Shown piece after piece: positions 44,462-55,514 of a DNA stretch of 64,000 bases. How positions within the stretch are numbered: position 1 is the stretch's first letter; every line of letters starts with the position of its first letter. The position numbers and the translations under genes are program-made. A model generated the notes under the pieces. That model searched no databases. It was not told where the DNA came from and was given only the letters and a program-made list of their open reading frames with translations. The stretch covers positions 377 through 64,376 of the forward strand of contig JBLILC010000003.1 in NCBI GenBank assembly GCA_047635635.1, written 5' to 3'. Origin of the DNA: Octadecabacter sp. GTDB lineage: Bacteria > Pseudomonadota > Alphaproteobacteria > Rhodobacterales > Rhodobacteraceae.

Positions 44462-46876
44462 ATGAAAGACAAATTACCCATTGATGACGTGCTGCGAGAC
44501 TTGTTGCAGGCTGTGCGAGCGCACGGCTGCGCAGTTTTACAGGCACCACCAGGTGCGGGCAAGACGACCCGGGTGCCTCTAGCACTGTTGCAGGCAAGTA
44601 TCGTGCAAGGCCGAATCGTAATGCTGGAACCGCGTCGTTTGGCGACGCGAGCAGCAGCAGAGCGTTTGGCACAACAGCTTGACGAGTCAGTGGGTGAAAC
44701 GGTTGGCTACCGGATGCGCGGTGAAACAAATGTGTCAAAGCAGACACGGGTTGAAGTCGTGACAGAAGGAATTTTGACCCGTATGATCCAAACCGATCCT
44801 GAATTGACCGGCATTGGCGCAGTAATTTTTGATGAATTTCACGAGCGGTCTTTGAACGCCGATCTCGGGTTGGCATTAACGCTTGAAGTACGCGAGGCGC
44901 TGCGCCCTGATCTGATCATCATAGTCATGTCCGCAACCTTAGACGCGGGGCCTGTGGCTGATTTGGTAAACGCTCCTACAATCACGTCGCAAGGTCGTTC
45001 CCATACAGTGGAACACCGCTGGTTGAACAGGCCATTGCGCAAGGAAGACCAGTTTGAGACGGTGGTAACAGATTTGGTGGCACAGGCAGTTGGGGAAACG
45101 CAAGGTGGTGTGCTGGTGTTCCTGCCTGGTGAGGGTGAGATCCGTCGAGTTCATTCACGGCTAAACGCACGACTGCCAAGCGATTGTTCTGTGCGTCCCT
45201 TGTACAGTGCCTTACCGTATTCCGACCAACGCGCCGCGATCGCACCTTTAACATCAGGGCGCAAGATAGTGCTATCAACATCGATCGCAGAGACATCGCT
45301 AACTATAGAAGACATTCGCGTGGTGGTTGATTGTGGACGATCTCGTCGCGCGCGGTTTGATTCTGGATCAGGCATGTCACGACTGGTCACCGAACGCGTC
45401 ACCCGCGCCGAGGCCGCCCAGCGCGCAGGCCGCGCTGGGCGGGTCGCCGAAGGGGTCGCCTATAAACTTTGGTCCAAAGGCGAAGACGGCGCACTGGCGG
45501 CGTTTCCACCGGCAGAAATTGAGGCAGCAGATCTAACAGGTCTGGCGGTTGAACTGGCGGTCTGGGGCAGTGATGGCTTGCCGTTTCTCACCGCACCGCC
45601 GGCAGGCGCATTGGCCGAAGCGCGCAGCCTGTTAAACGCTTTAGGGGCACTGGACGGGACGCGAATTACAGACCACGGACGCGCATTAGCACGACTGCCG
45701 CTGCACCCGCGATTGGGGCATATGTTGGTAGCGGGCGGCAAACCGGCGGCAGGACTTGCTGCATTATTGTCAGAACGCGATATTCTACAAGGCGCACCAA
45801 CAGATTTATTATTGCGCATTAAAGCTCTGGCTGGAGAACGCGGTAGCTATCCTATTCGCCAAGGAACGCTGGCTCGCGTCAAACAAGAAGCCAAACGGTT
45901 GGCAAAACTAGCGCCAGTCCGCCTTGAACAAACGAACGAAACTTATGCGGCCATGGCTTATCCTGATCGCATCGCAATGCGGCGTTCCGGTGATGACCCA
46001 CGCTACATACTATCTGGTGGCAAAGGTGCGGTGATGGACGCAGCAGATGCCCTTGCGGGACAAAAATTGTTGATCGTCACAGACACCGACGGCAACCCAA
46101 GAGAGGCAAAGATTCGTACCGCTTTAGTGATAACTGAGGCGAGCATGCGCAACGTGGCGGGAGACCAAATTCGTGTGGTGCAAAGTTGTTCTTGGTCTAA
46201 ACGCAGCGGCAAAGTGTTGGCAAGAACGCAAGAACAACTCGGCGCAGTGATAATATCGGATATGTCGTGGATGGATGCGCCAAAAGACGCTGTTGCGCTG
46301 GCCATGCTCGACGGGGTGCGCGCACTGGGTTTCAAATTCACTGCTGCTACTGAACGATTTCGCGCCCGAGTTGAACTGGTTCGCACAGTAGATCCTGGCT
46401 TACCCAACCTATCGGACGCAACCCTCATGGACAATATCGGCGAATGGCTTCTGCCCTACCTGCAAGGTGTGCAGACGACAGCACAATGGAAATCCCACGA
46501 CACCCTACAAGCCTTGCGCGCAATTCTGACGTGGGACCAGATGAAGCGCGTCGACTCTGAGGCGCCCGCACAATTCACAACGCCATTGGGCCGTCATACG
46601 CCGATTGATTACAGCGGCGAAGCGCCAAAAATCACGCTGCGTCTACAAGAAATGTTCGGCACCACCTGCCACCCAACCGTCGCGGGCCGCCCCCTGCGTG
46701 TGACATTTCTGTCGCCAGGTCAAAAACCAATCCAGACGACCATGGACGTACCCGGCTTTTGGGCCACTTCATACTCTGACGTACGTAAAGACATGCGTGG
46801 GCGCTACCCACGCCACCCATGGCCGGAGGACCCGACACAAGCCGACCCGACCTTGCGTATCAAACCCCGCAAATAA
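44462..46876 (+). CDS. hrpB: ATP-dependent helicase HrpB
   Basis: APPGAGKTT, DEFHER, MSAT, QRAGRAGR, C-terminal GRYPRHPWPEDP. Confidence 0.96.
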   Translation: MKDKLPIDDVLRDLLQAVRAHGCAVLQAPPGAGKTTRVPLALLQASIVQGRIVMLEPRRLATRAAAERLAQQLDESVGETVGYRMRGETNVSKQTRVEVVTEGILTRMIQTDPELTGIGAVIFDEFHERSLNADLGLALTLEVREALRPDLIIIVMSATLDAGPVADLVNAPTITSQGRSHTVEHRWLNRPLRKEDQFETVVTDLVAQAVGETQGGVLVFLPGEGEIRRVHSRLNARLPSDCSVRPLYSALPYSDQRAAIAPLTSGRKIVLSTSIAETSLTIEDIRVVVDCGRSRRARFDSGSGMSRLVTERVTRAEAAQRAGRAGRVAEGVAYKLWSKGEDGALAAFPPAEIEAADLTGLAVELAVWGSDGLPFLTAPPAGALAEARSLLNALGALDGTRITDHGRALARLPLHPRLGHMLVAGGKPAAGLAALLSERDILQGAPTDLLLRIKALAGERGSYPIRQGTLARVKQEAKRLAKLAPVRLEQTNETYAAMAYPDRIAMRRSGDDPRYILSGGKGAVMDAADALAGQKLLIVTDTDGNPREAKIRTALVITEASMRNVAGDQIRVVQSCSWSKRSGKVLARTQEQLGAVIISDMSWMDAPKDAVALAMLDGVRALGFKFTAATERFRARVELVRTVDPGLPNLSDATLMDNIGEWLLPYLQGVQTTAQWKSHDTLQALRAILTWDQMKRVDSEAPAQFTTPLGRHTPIDYSGEAPKITLRLQEMFGTTCHPTVAGRPLRVTFLSPGQKPIQTTMDVPGFWATSYSDVRKDMRGRYPRHPWPEDPTQADPTLRIKPRK

Positions 46877-46959
46877 CTGCTGCTACTACTTTTTACTTTT
46901 TAATGTCTCAGAAACCTGCATGACAGCGTCCGACGGGGCTCGCCACAGGTGATTCAAAT

Positions 46960-48319
46960 CCATTAATCCCACAATGGCCCATCTCGATCCTTAGAACCGT
47001 CCAGCCGCACAAACCCATGTCTCCCGAACCCATGTCTACCTGTGCTTGAAGCAAATCCGTTGTGCCGCGTGCGGTGAGCATAATATATATGAACTCAAGA
47101 GCTAAAGCCAATGCGAGGACAGAGTGTCCCATAGCAGTTGCGGCATTCACCACAAGTCGCAGGGCAGGCAATGCGTTACGGATAAAGCCCACAAAGTAGT
47201 CTACCAAAATCAGCTGGCACTCGGGTAGGTCGCTGCGAAATGCTGATGCGATTTCATCGAGCAACGCAGACTGGACAATGCACCCTACGCGCCAGACTTC
47301 GGCGGCGCAGGCAAGATCAATAGACCATTCAAATTCATCAGATGCGGCAGTGAGAATGCAGATTTCTTAAGCGTAGGACTAAATACGACCCACCAACAAG
47401 GTAGATTCAAGATCAAAGTCACTTAGCTCCAGTTCACCACGCAGCGCGTCGTAGATGCCTGCACCAACTACGCGCGCTTCTCCCTCGGACAACAACGCGC
47501 GCGGCAATAACGGCTTCGATTGCGGTCTAGGAATCAGTGCCTTTTCCTGAAGCATTAAGGATCACTTAATCAGCAGTGCTGCCAGTCTCTACGATGATCG
47601 CTTGCAAAACCTTACCTGCAATTTTCATCAGATGACTTTCAAGTGCACGTTTTTTTCACATATCAAACACAGCGCCAATGTCGCTTGGCGATTGACCATG
47701 CCCATAGCGCATTAACTCGCATATTTCATAAATAAATTGCATATCTGCAATTTCAATGACGTTGTGAACGGTCTTCACAAATTGCCCTACCCCGTCGGAG
47801 CCAAAATGATCATTATAAGGAGCACCATCGAATTTAGCCACAATGGCTTCGATGACTTAACGTAAGGCGTCCTATGCGGAGGGGGGGGTCCACCGACCAT
47901 GCTCGATGGCGTGGCGCGCACCGTATTTGCCGCCTGACACGCCAATGCCGATGAACGAAAGGCCATGCGCTACAATGTCCTTGGTGCGTGGCATCGTATC
48001 ACGAAAATCTGAGTTAAAAGTGTTGATGATCGTATCGTTCTTGGCAAGCCGCGGGATCAGCTTTTTGATTGTCGCATCAACGGCTCCATTTTAATGACCG
48101 CGCAAGGGAAAGAATAGCGTTAATCATAGCGTCTAGAGTGTTACTGCCAGTTTGTTTGTTGGCGAGCCTATGGACGCCAGCTCGTTTAATAACGTCCAGC
48201 ATTTCGTTGTCAGATCAGTTGGAGACGTACAACCTAAAGCCGTTGTCCAATATATTGTGAACAAGGGTACTGCCAACTCCAACAAAAAAATACAGGCCCA
48301 GAATTGCAGTATTAATCAT
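46960..48319 (-). pseudogene. gnd: NADP-dependent 6-phosphogluconate dehydrogenase pseudogene
   Basis: Fragments FIGIGVSGGKYGARH (cf. GMGVSGGEEGARHG), GVGQFVKTVHNVIEIADMQ (cf. GAGHFVKxVHNGIEYADMQ), ARGTTDLLQAQ (cf. ANLIQAQRD); many stops and frameshifts; 3' end approximate. Confidence 0.88.
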
Positions 48320-48399
48320 TAAAATATCTTTTTAAAGAATTTTGGCAAAAAAGCAAACCATGCCCTAGCTAAAGGATCATAAGCCATGATCAAATTTAA

Positions 48400-49080
48400 A
48401 CTGCGCAGCAATCGCATGCCCCCAGTGTGTATAAACCTATGAAACGGGGTGAAACACGTCCGCAATCATAACTCTGCATACATTTTGATGTGGGCGGACA
48501 TCATCTTTGACTTTGGCTGATTGGCCAGCATTTTGCGAAGGCCCTTATCAAACGCCCAGCGCTATGCCTCAGCGTCCAGCGCAATGGGTTGGGCAGGCGC
48601 GGGAACTGCCAGACCGGTGGCAGCACGAACGCATAGACGTGGCCAATGCTAATTTCATTGATCAAATAATTATTTAGCGCCTGCGTTTGGGCAAGCCAAG
48701 TGGCACGCGTGGTACCATGCACGATTTCGTTAACTCCCAAGCCTATCACGGCGATGTCAACTTGACGCGGCTGCGCAGCCATCAAGTGGGACTAGGTCAT
48801 TGGTGGGGTTTCGCCACTACCGGCCACAAACTGCTAATCCAACCACACTTGATCTGATAAAAGTGTCACTATTTGACCTGACAATGCTTCAAATTGGTCC
48901 GTGACGCCAACGCCAGCTAAGGACCTGTCGACAAGGATTAACAAACGCAAATTTGGACATGTGCCAATAACACCAGCGTTCTAGGCTGTCGGTTCGAGCA
49001 GCTTCATAGTATTCCATCTAATGTATAGACCCTCCGTGTACAGCACAGAATAAACGCACGCCGATAGTATGCATAACATG
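48400..49080 (-). pseudogene. SGNH/GDSL hydrolase pseudogene
   Basis: LRLLILVDRSLAGVGV (block I, GDS lost), IGLGVNE (block III), LPPVWQFPRLPNPLRW, DVFHP (block V); internal stops and frameshifts; boundaries approximate. Confidence 0.78.
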
Positions 49081-49384
49081 GTCGTAACAAACGGGCAGGA
49101 TGAACTTTGATGTATGAGTTGATATCGATTATATTACTCAGGCTAACTTGTTATAACTTGGAAAATATTGTTGTTTAAGAACGAGACAAGAGAGAACATT
49201 ACAACTCTAAAACCCTTTAAAACAAAATTTCAAAGATACCTAATTAAAAGCATGGCACTTTCTTGGCAAATGCAACCACACTCTGAAATTAGGTTTTACG
49301 CTTCTCTCCTAGTTTACTATTTGGTTTGGACGACATTGGGCGAGGCCCAGTAGCTTAACCGTACAGATTGGAAAACCTTTAGAT

Positions 49385-50290
49385 TTATCGACCTAAACAA
49401 TACCTCAACACAGCCTTTTGCGCATGCATACGGTTTTCGGCTTCGTCCCAGATGACAGACCGTGGGCCGTCCATGACTTCGGATGTGGCTTCGTCGTCGC
49501 GATGCGCAGGCAGGCAGTGCATGAAAAGCGCGTTAGGTTTTGCCTTAGACATGAGATCAGCGTTTACTTGATAGCTGCGCAACTGGTTGTGACGACGTTC
49601 GCGGGCAGATTGCGGGTCGTGCATCGACACCCATGTGTCTGTTACAACAAGGTCAGCACCCCGCACAGCAATGCCAGGATTGCGTTCGGTGGTATAGAGC
49701 CCTTGAAGGGCGACCTCCGGTTGCAGGGTCTCGGGACCTGTGAAGACCAGATCAAAGTCAAATTGTTTGGCTGCGTGGGCAAAGGATGCAAAGACGTTGT
49801 TGCCATCACCAGACCATACGACCTTTTTGCCTTTGATCGGCCCTGAATGTTCTTCAAACGTTAGGATATCTGCCATGATCTGACAGGGATGCGTACGATC
49901 AGTCAGTCCATTGATAACAGGAACCGATGCATATTCAGCCATTTCCAGTAGGGTCTGCTCTTCGAATGTACGGATCATGATTAGATCCACGTAGCGGGAT
50001 AATACGCGGGCGGTATCAGCGATAGTTTCGCCGTGGCCCAGCTGCATGTCTTTGCCTGACAGCACCATCGTTTCACCACCCATTTGGCGCACACCAACAT
50101 CAAAACTGATGCGCGTGCGGGTGCTTGGTTTTTCAAAGATTAACGCAACCATATGATTGGCCAGCGGTTGATCCGCATCCAGCGCGCCTTTGGGCAAGCC
50201 AGCACGGGCTGTTTTCATCGAGGCAGCGGTGTCAATGATACCACGCAAGTCGGCAGGGGATGTGGTGTGGATGTCGAGAAAATGGGTCAT
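49385..50290 (-). CDS. argF: Ornithine carbamoyltransferase
   Basis: [23 protein letters not shown]. Confidence 0.96.
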   Translation of the reverse strand: MTHFLDIHTTSPADLRGIIDTAASMKTARAGLPKGALDADQPLANHMVALIFEKPSTRTRISFDVGVRQMGGETMVLSGKDMQLGHGETIADTARVLSRYVDLIMIRTFEEQTLLEMAEYASVPVINGLTDRTHPCQIMADILTFEEHSGPIKGKKVVWSGDGNNVFASFAHAAKQFDFDLVFTGPETLQPEVALQGLYTTERNPGIAVRGADLVVTDTWVSMHDPQSARERRHNQLRSYQVNADLMSKAKPNALFMHCLPAHRDDEATSEVMDGPRSVIWDEAENRMHAQKAVLRYCLGR

Positions 50291-50359
50291 ATGGTATCGC
50301 TTATTGTTGCGCGAGGATGGAGGGCTACCCCCCAGAGCTATTTTGAAAGAAAAAAATAA

Positions 50360-51541
50360 TTAAAGACTAAGAGCAACTCGTGTCGTTGCTTTTTCAAGTC
50401 GCATGACTGCTTCGTCGATTTCAGCCTCTGAAATATTGAGCGGCGGGAGCAGTCGGATGACGTTATCAGCGGCAGGAACTGTGAGCAAGTTTTCAGCGTA
50501 GCCAGCCTGCACGACGTCCATATTGGTAACCTTGCATTTTAGACCAAGCATTAATCCGCTGCCGCGCACGCTGTCAAACACTGTAGAGTTTCTCACCACA
50601 AGACTTTCGAGCTTCTGGCGCAGCAGGCCTGCCTTTCGGTTTACGTTGTCGATAAAGGAAGGTTTAGAAACTATTTCCATCACTTTGCAGCCCACCGCAC
50701 AGGCCAGCGGGTTGCCACCATAGGTCGACCCGTGGGTGCCTGCGGTCATGCCAGACGCTGCGTTTTGCGTTGCTAGAACTGCGCCAAGTGGAAAGCCACC
50801 GCCAATACCTTTGGCAACCATCATGATGTCGGGCGTTATACCTGACCATTCATGAGCGAACAATTTTCCTGTTCTGGCCACGCCACATTGTACTTCATCA
50901 AGAATCATCAAAATACCATGTTCATCACAAAGATCGCGCAGACCCTTGAGGCATGCGTCAGATAACGCACGAATGCCACCTTCACCCTGTACAGGTTCGA
51001 CCATGATTGCGCCAACAGTTGGGGATTTGACAGCCTCGACTAGCGCTTCATGATCACCAAAAGGTAAATGGACAAACCCGGGCAATAATGGACCGAAGCC
51101 TTGGGTCATCTTTTCGGACCCTGCAGCAGCTATCCCAGCGGCTGAGCGCCCATGAAATGAGCCATCAAAAGTGATGATATCCGTACGTTCAGGCGCACCT
51201 TTGTCATAGTGATATTTGCGGGCCATTTTGACGGCTAGCTCGCAAGCTTCAGTTCCAGAATTACTAAAAAAGACTGTGTCAGAAAAAGTATGTTTAACCA
51301 AAAGGTCGGCAAGCTTTTGTTGTGGTTCAATGTGGTACAGGTTGGACACATGCCATAATTTTCTAGCCTGTTCCATCAGGGCGGTAACCAGATCGGGGTG
51401 CGCATGGCCCAGTACGTTCACCGCAATACCCGCTCCAAAATCCAAGAAACGTCGCCCGTCTGCTTCCAACAGCCAAGAGCCTGACCCACTAACAAATGTC
51501 AGCGGTGCACGGTTATAAGTTGGAAGAATGGACGTGATCAT
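50360..51541 (-). CDS. argD: Acetylornithine aminotransferase
   Basis: GIAVN.LGH, SFHGR, EPVQGEGG, DEVQCG, AKGIGGGFP, HGSTYGGNP; adjacent to argF. Confidence 0.93.
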   Translation of the reverse strand: MITSILPTYNRAPLTFVSGSGSWLLEADGRRFLDFGAGIAVNVLGHAHPDLVTALMEQARKLWHVSNLYHIEPQQKLADLLVKHTFSDTVFFSNSGTEACELAVKMARKYHYDKGAPERTDIITFDGSFHGRSAAGIAAAGSEKMTQGFGPLLPGFVHLPFGDHEALVEAVKSPTVGAIMVEPVQGEGGIRALSDACLKGLRDLCDEHGILMILDEVQCGVARTGKLFAHEWSGITPDIMMVAKGIGGGFPLGAVLATQNAASGMTAGTHGSTYGGNPLACAVGCKVMEIVSKPSFIDNVNRKAGLLRQKLESLVVRNSTVFDSVRGSGLMLGLKCKVTNMDVVQAGYAENLLTVPAADNVIRLLPPLNISEAEIDEAVMRLEKATTRVALSL

Positions 51542-52216
51542 TTCGATCTTCCTTTTTAAATGAGTCCCCAAGGTGGTTTAGCGAGGCTCGTAAGTCAAAG
51601 TAATTGGAGGTTAGGTGAGTTTCAGGCAGCCGTGAGGGCAACACTAAGTAAAATATTAACTTTGGCGTCGGAAGGCTGCAAATATCAAAAACTTAATCAT
51701 GTTGTTTTGTAAGGCAATTTGGTTTGCTATGGCAAGAGTGTAAAGCACCAAAGATTATGTTGCCAATGTGGCGCCTCATGGCGGGTGCGGATCTTCAAAT
51801 AAGAAATGCAGGGGCTGCAAGCCGTCTGTTTGTCCCATTCAGCCGGCATACGCGAAGGTGAAGCCTTCGACGCTGCTTGCCGTTTTCATGGTGGGTGAAA
51901 AAAGTCAGCACAAACCCGAAATCAAGATAGTTTTCACTATTGATACTAAAAAAATGATACTTGAGCCCAACACCTATCATGCAGGCATCTTTTGAAAACG
52001 CAAACTGCGCGACTGAACCCGCACCTGCAATAACTGCAGCAACACCTAATACCAAATTTAGCCTCAGAAACGTCGTATTGCGTCGCCCCACGAAGACATT
52101 GTCAGGTTCATTACATCATAACGCTCTCATAATCTTTCAAAATTTAGCGCAGAACAGCGTTTTTAAGCAATGAACAGATATCTTGATCCAGCACCTTGGC
52201 CGTGACATGAAACCCA

Positions 52217-53131
52217 ATGGCCCAACCCCAAGCCCCTTTGACAGCGGTTGCGCTGATGATTACCGCAACGTTATTTATTGCGGGAACGATGCTTGCCGCG
52301 AAGTCTTTGGGGACTGACATCCTTGGCGCACCACTACATCCGCTACAGGTTACTCAAGGGCGATTTTTATTTGCATTCATGGGATTCATCGTAGCAAGAT
52401 CAGTTTTGCGCCCAAAAATTTGCAACCCCAATATCACATTCCATCTGTCACGCACGGTTTGTGGCGCAACAGGCATAACACTGATGTTTGCGGCTGTCGC
52501 GTTCATCCCAATGTCCGACGCCACAGCGTTAGGTTTTCTGAACCCTGTGTTTGGGATGATTTTGGCAATTCCGTTTCTAGGCGAAAAAGTTGGACGCTGG
52601 CGCTGGCTTGCCGCAGGAATGGCTTTCTTTGGAGCATTGATCTTGCTACGGCTAGGACCTGATACATTTCAGGTTCCCGCATTACTCGCACTTGGGGCTG
52701 CGATGGCGATGGGGTTTGAGCTGATATTCATAAAGAAGCTCGCCGATCGCGAACCACCGCTGCAAATTTTATTGATTAACAACGCGATTGGTTCTGTGTT
52801 GATGAGCGTGGCAGTGATTTCGTTCTGGGCTCCACCGACTTTGGTCCAGTGGAGCGCTCTACTGGCGCTAGGACTAATGATGGCGGGCGCGCAGACTTGT
52901 TTTATCAATGCTATGGCTTGTGCAGATGCATCATATGTAACGCCATTCAGCTACATAACGCTAATCTTTGCTGGCCTGTATGACTGGATAATATTTGCGC
53001 AAATCCCTGACTGGGTAAGTGTGCTAGGAGCGGCGATCATCGTATCTGGTGCTGCACTTCTCGCGTGGCGTGAAGGAATATACCTCAGCCAGTTAAGACG
53101 CAGGACTGTCAGAATTGGGAATCGGCCTTAA
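52217..53131 (+). CDS. DMT/EamA family transporter
   Basis: About 10 TM segments, FLNPVF...FLGEKVG..RW. Confidence 0.88.
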   Translation: MAQPQAPLTAVALMITATLFIAGTMLAAKSLGTDILGAPLHPLQVTQGRFLFAFMGFIVARSVLRPKICNPNITFHLSRTVCGATGITLMFAAVAFIPMSDATALGFLNPVFGMILAIPFLGEKVGRWRWLAAGMAFFGALILLRLGPDTFQVPALLALGAAMAMGFELIFIKKLADREPPLQILLINNAIGSVLMSVAVISFWAPPTLVQWSALLALGLMMAGAQTCFINAMACADASYVTPFSYITLIFAGLYDWIIFAQIPDWVSVLGAAIIVSGAALLAWREGIYLSQLRRRTVRIGNRP

Positions 53132-53958
53132 GCCTTCATCCTGTAGCCAATTTTTAACCAATACCACACCAACGTCAGGATTGCCACCGCGCTACAAAAC
53201 ACCACTGCAAAACCAAGCCACGGGCTGCTGTCACTAATACCGATGGTCCCGAATCGGACGCCATCAATGATGTAGAAGAACGGATTCCAATGGCACAGGG
53301 TTTGTAAAAGGTTTGGTAGGGCTTCAATCGAATAGAATGTGCCTGACAAAAACGCGAGTGGTGTGACTAGGAAATTTGTAATCGCACTTAATTGGTCAAA
53401 TTTATTGGCAAAAACAGCCGCCACCATGCCAAGTGCACCCATCATGATCGAGCCAAGAATAACAAACGTCAACGCCCATACCGGATGGGTCACAGGCATG
53501 CCAATCAGCCAGACAGCGCCAACGGTAATGACTGCCGCTACAATCATGCCCCGTGCAACTGCCCCTGCGATATATCCTACTAAAAGTTCTAATGCCGACA
53601 GTGGTGGCATCAGCGTATCAACAATATTACCACCCACCTTGGCGGATGCTATAGACGACGACGTGTTCGCAAACGCATTCTGGATTACCGTCATCGTCAA
53701 AATCCCTGGCGCGAGGAATTCCATGAACGGCACACCCATGACGTCACCGCGCAGCGGGCCAATGGCGATCGTAAAGATTAGTAGGAACAGTCCCGCATTT
53801 ACTAACGGCCCCATAATAGTTTGCGACCATACGTTCATGAACCGCAAAACCTCACGACGCGCGAGGGTCCAAGTCCCTAGCCAGTTCACCAGCCCAAAGC
53901 GGCGTACGCCCATGTCATTTGCCAAACCTGCAGCCAAATCTGTCTTTATCTTGTGCAT
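53128..53958 (-). CDS. ABC-2 type transporter permease (YadH-like)
   Basis: FLAPGILTM..IQNAFANTSSS, TPLAFLSGTFY, NPFFY.IDG.R; start uncertain (53958 or 53913). Confidence 0.88.
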   Translation of the reverse strand: MHKIKTDLAAGLANDMGVRRFGLVNWLGTWTLARREVLRFMNVWSQTIMGPLVNAGLFLLIFTIAIGPLRGDVMGVPFMEFLAPGILTMTVIQNAFANTSSSIASAKVGGNIVDTLMPPLSALELLVGYIAGAVARGMIVAAVITVGAVWLIGMPVTHPVWALTFVILGSIMMGALGMVAAVFANKFDQLSAITNFLVTPLAFLSGTFYSIEALPNLLQTLCHWNPFFYIIDGVRFGTIGISDSSPWLGFAVVFCSAVAILTLVWYWLKIGYRMKA

Positions 53959-54092
53959 CGGTGATTCCTTTTTGGCGCGGGGGTGGTTGTATCTGCCGCT
54001 AGGGTGCTTAGAATAGGTCATTGAATGATATCTCAACCCCATACGTGAAATGGGTCGCACACCCAACCTCTGGCTAAATAAGTGGAACTGAT

Positions 54093-54689
54093 ATGTCCTG
54101 GACCGACGAACGCGTAGACGTGCTAAAAAAAATGTGGGGGGAGGGTCAGTCCGCCAGCCAGATCGCCAAAGAGCTGGGTGGCGTCACCCGAAACGCAGTC
54201 ATTGGCAAAGTCCACCGTTTGGGTTTGAGCAACCGTGCAGGGCCCGGCAGCGCGAGCAAGCCAGTAGCCCCCAAGGTGGACGCCAAACCCAAAGCACCGG
54301 CCAAGCCCAAGGCACCGCCAAAAGTGGCCTCAACTGAGATTGCGGAGATACAGGAACCCCGCACTGAATCAGCGTCTCCAGCACCTCAGCCCAAAGTACC
54401 ACATGCGCGTCGCCAAATTATTCCCGCCGGTCAGCCTTTGCCACCACAACCATCTGCAAATGAGATTAGCCCAGAAGCCTTGCGTAAAGTCAACGAGGTG
54501 GAAAAAACTGCTAAGAAAATCAGCTTAATGGAATTGACTGAAAAGACCTGCAAGTGGCCTGTTGGTGATCCAGCCACAGAGCAATTTTGGTTCTGTGGTT
54601 TGGCTGTTAAGCAAGGCAAACCTTATTGTGAAGCCCATGTCAGCGTAGCATTTCAGCCTATGTCATCGCGCCGTGACCGCCGCCGCTAA
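54093..54689 (+). CDS. gcrA: GcrA cell cycle regulator
   Basis: MSWTDERV..LKKMW.EG.SASQIA..LGGVTRNAVIGKVHRLGL; CKWPVGDP..FCG..YC..H. Confidence 0.95.
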   Translation: MSWTDERVDVLKKMWGEGQSASQIAKELGGVTRNAVIGKVHRLGLSNRAGPGSASKPVAPKVDAKPKAPAKPKAPPKVASTEIAEIQEPRTESASPAPQPKVPHARRQIIPAGQPLPPQPSANEISPEALRKVNEVEKTAKKISLMELTEKTCKWPVGDPATEQFWFCGLAVKQGKPYCEAHVSVAFQPMSSRRDRRR

Positions 54690-54708
54690 ATAAGAATCTC
54701 TGGAATTC

Positions 54709-54740
54709 AAAAGGCTCGTCATAAATGGCGGGCCTTTTTT
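54709..54740 (+). terminator. Intrinsic terminator after gcrA
   Basis: AAAGGCTCGTCAT-AA-ATGGCGGGCCTTTTTT. Confidence 0.8.
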
Positions 54741-55514
54741 ATGTTTTCGGTTGATGGCAATATACCAAAGATGAACTTTCTAAGTGCGCAAAGTATTCTC
54801 ATCGTGAAACTAAAAAAAATGCATAAATTTTATAAAAAATTCTAATCATAAACACGGATATTATGCACATTTGTCCAAATATGAACTAGACCTTTTTACA
54901 CATTTAAAGTTCACTGACCTAAGCATTTAATGTTGCTACACAAGAAATAATGTTTTCCTATGAAATGTCGCTACTTCACAGTGGTAAACGAAAAAAATAC
55001 TAACCAATAAATAATAAAGATTCGAATACGCTCAGTCGACCTAAACAACTACTGATAGGTTTGCAGTTAATTGTAAGTGAATAATCAAAAAAGCTGTGAT
55101 TATAAAAACAAGTGTCCAATTAACAAAATACCATTGTTAGCCAGAATTGATGTTGCTAGTCTTTAGGATCACTAAAGACACACAAAAATGTAGGCTTGGG
55201 TGACTAATTCTATTCCTGTGGCCCTGTATCAGGAGATACCTGTCCTTAATTGTTTTGAGAAGCTAATGTAAATTGGCAAAAAAGTAAGCCTAAACAGGGT
55301 ATCGAGATAGCAAGTTGATCTCAGCAAGAAGCTGACAGGATACAGTTTATAATGTCCTCTAAAGTTCTCTTTCTATCTGACACATACACATATTAAATAC
55401 AAATTTTGCATAATGGACTAGCGTTGGATTAAGCCACCACGTTCGCTATCTTTGATACCATTTAAATTTGGCATACAGGGATCACAAACTACTCGCATAT
55501 TTGTAGCCTCGCCC

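Noticed and set aside
46960-49080. In-frame TGA codons suggesting stop-codon reassignment
   Set aside because: The same regions also contain TAG/TAA stops and frameshifts, and intact genes end in TGA, so this is decay rather than an alternative genetic code
51750-52120. 98-aa minus-strand ORF with a hydrophobic segment
   Set aside because: No RBS or family motif; probably an eroded remnant and cannot be assigned
53128-53958. ABC permease without adjacent ATPase
   Set aside because: An orphan YadH-like permease beside gcrA is, from recall, the usual Rhodobacteraceae arrangement; the ATPase is likely elsewhere
53339-54016. 225-aa plus-strand ORF
   Set aside because: Antisense shadow of the ABC permease
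55159-55179. Perfect 8-bp hairpin GTCTTTAG-GATCA-CTAAAGAC
   Set aside because: Single copy, no associated gene end or repeat family; compatible with chance
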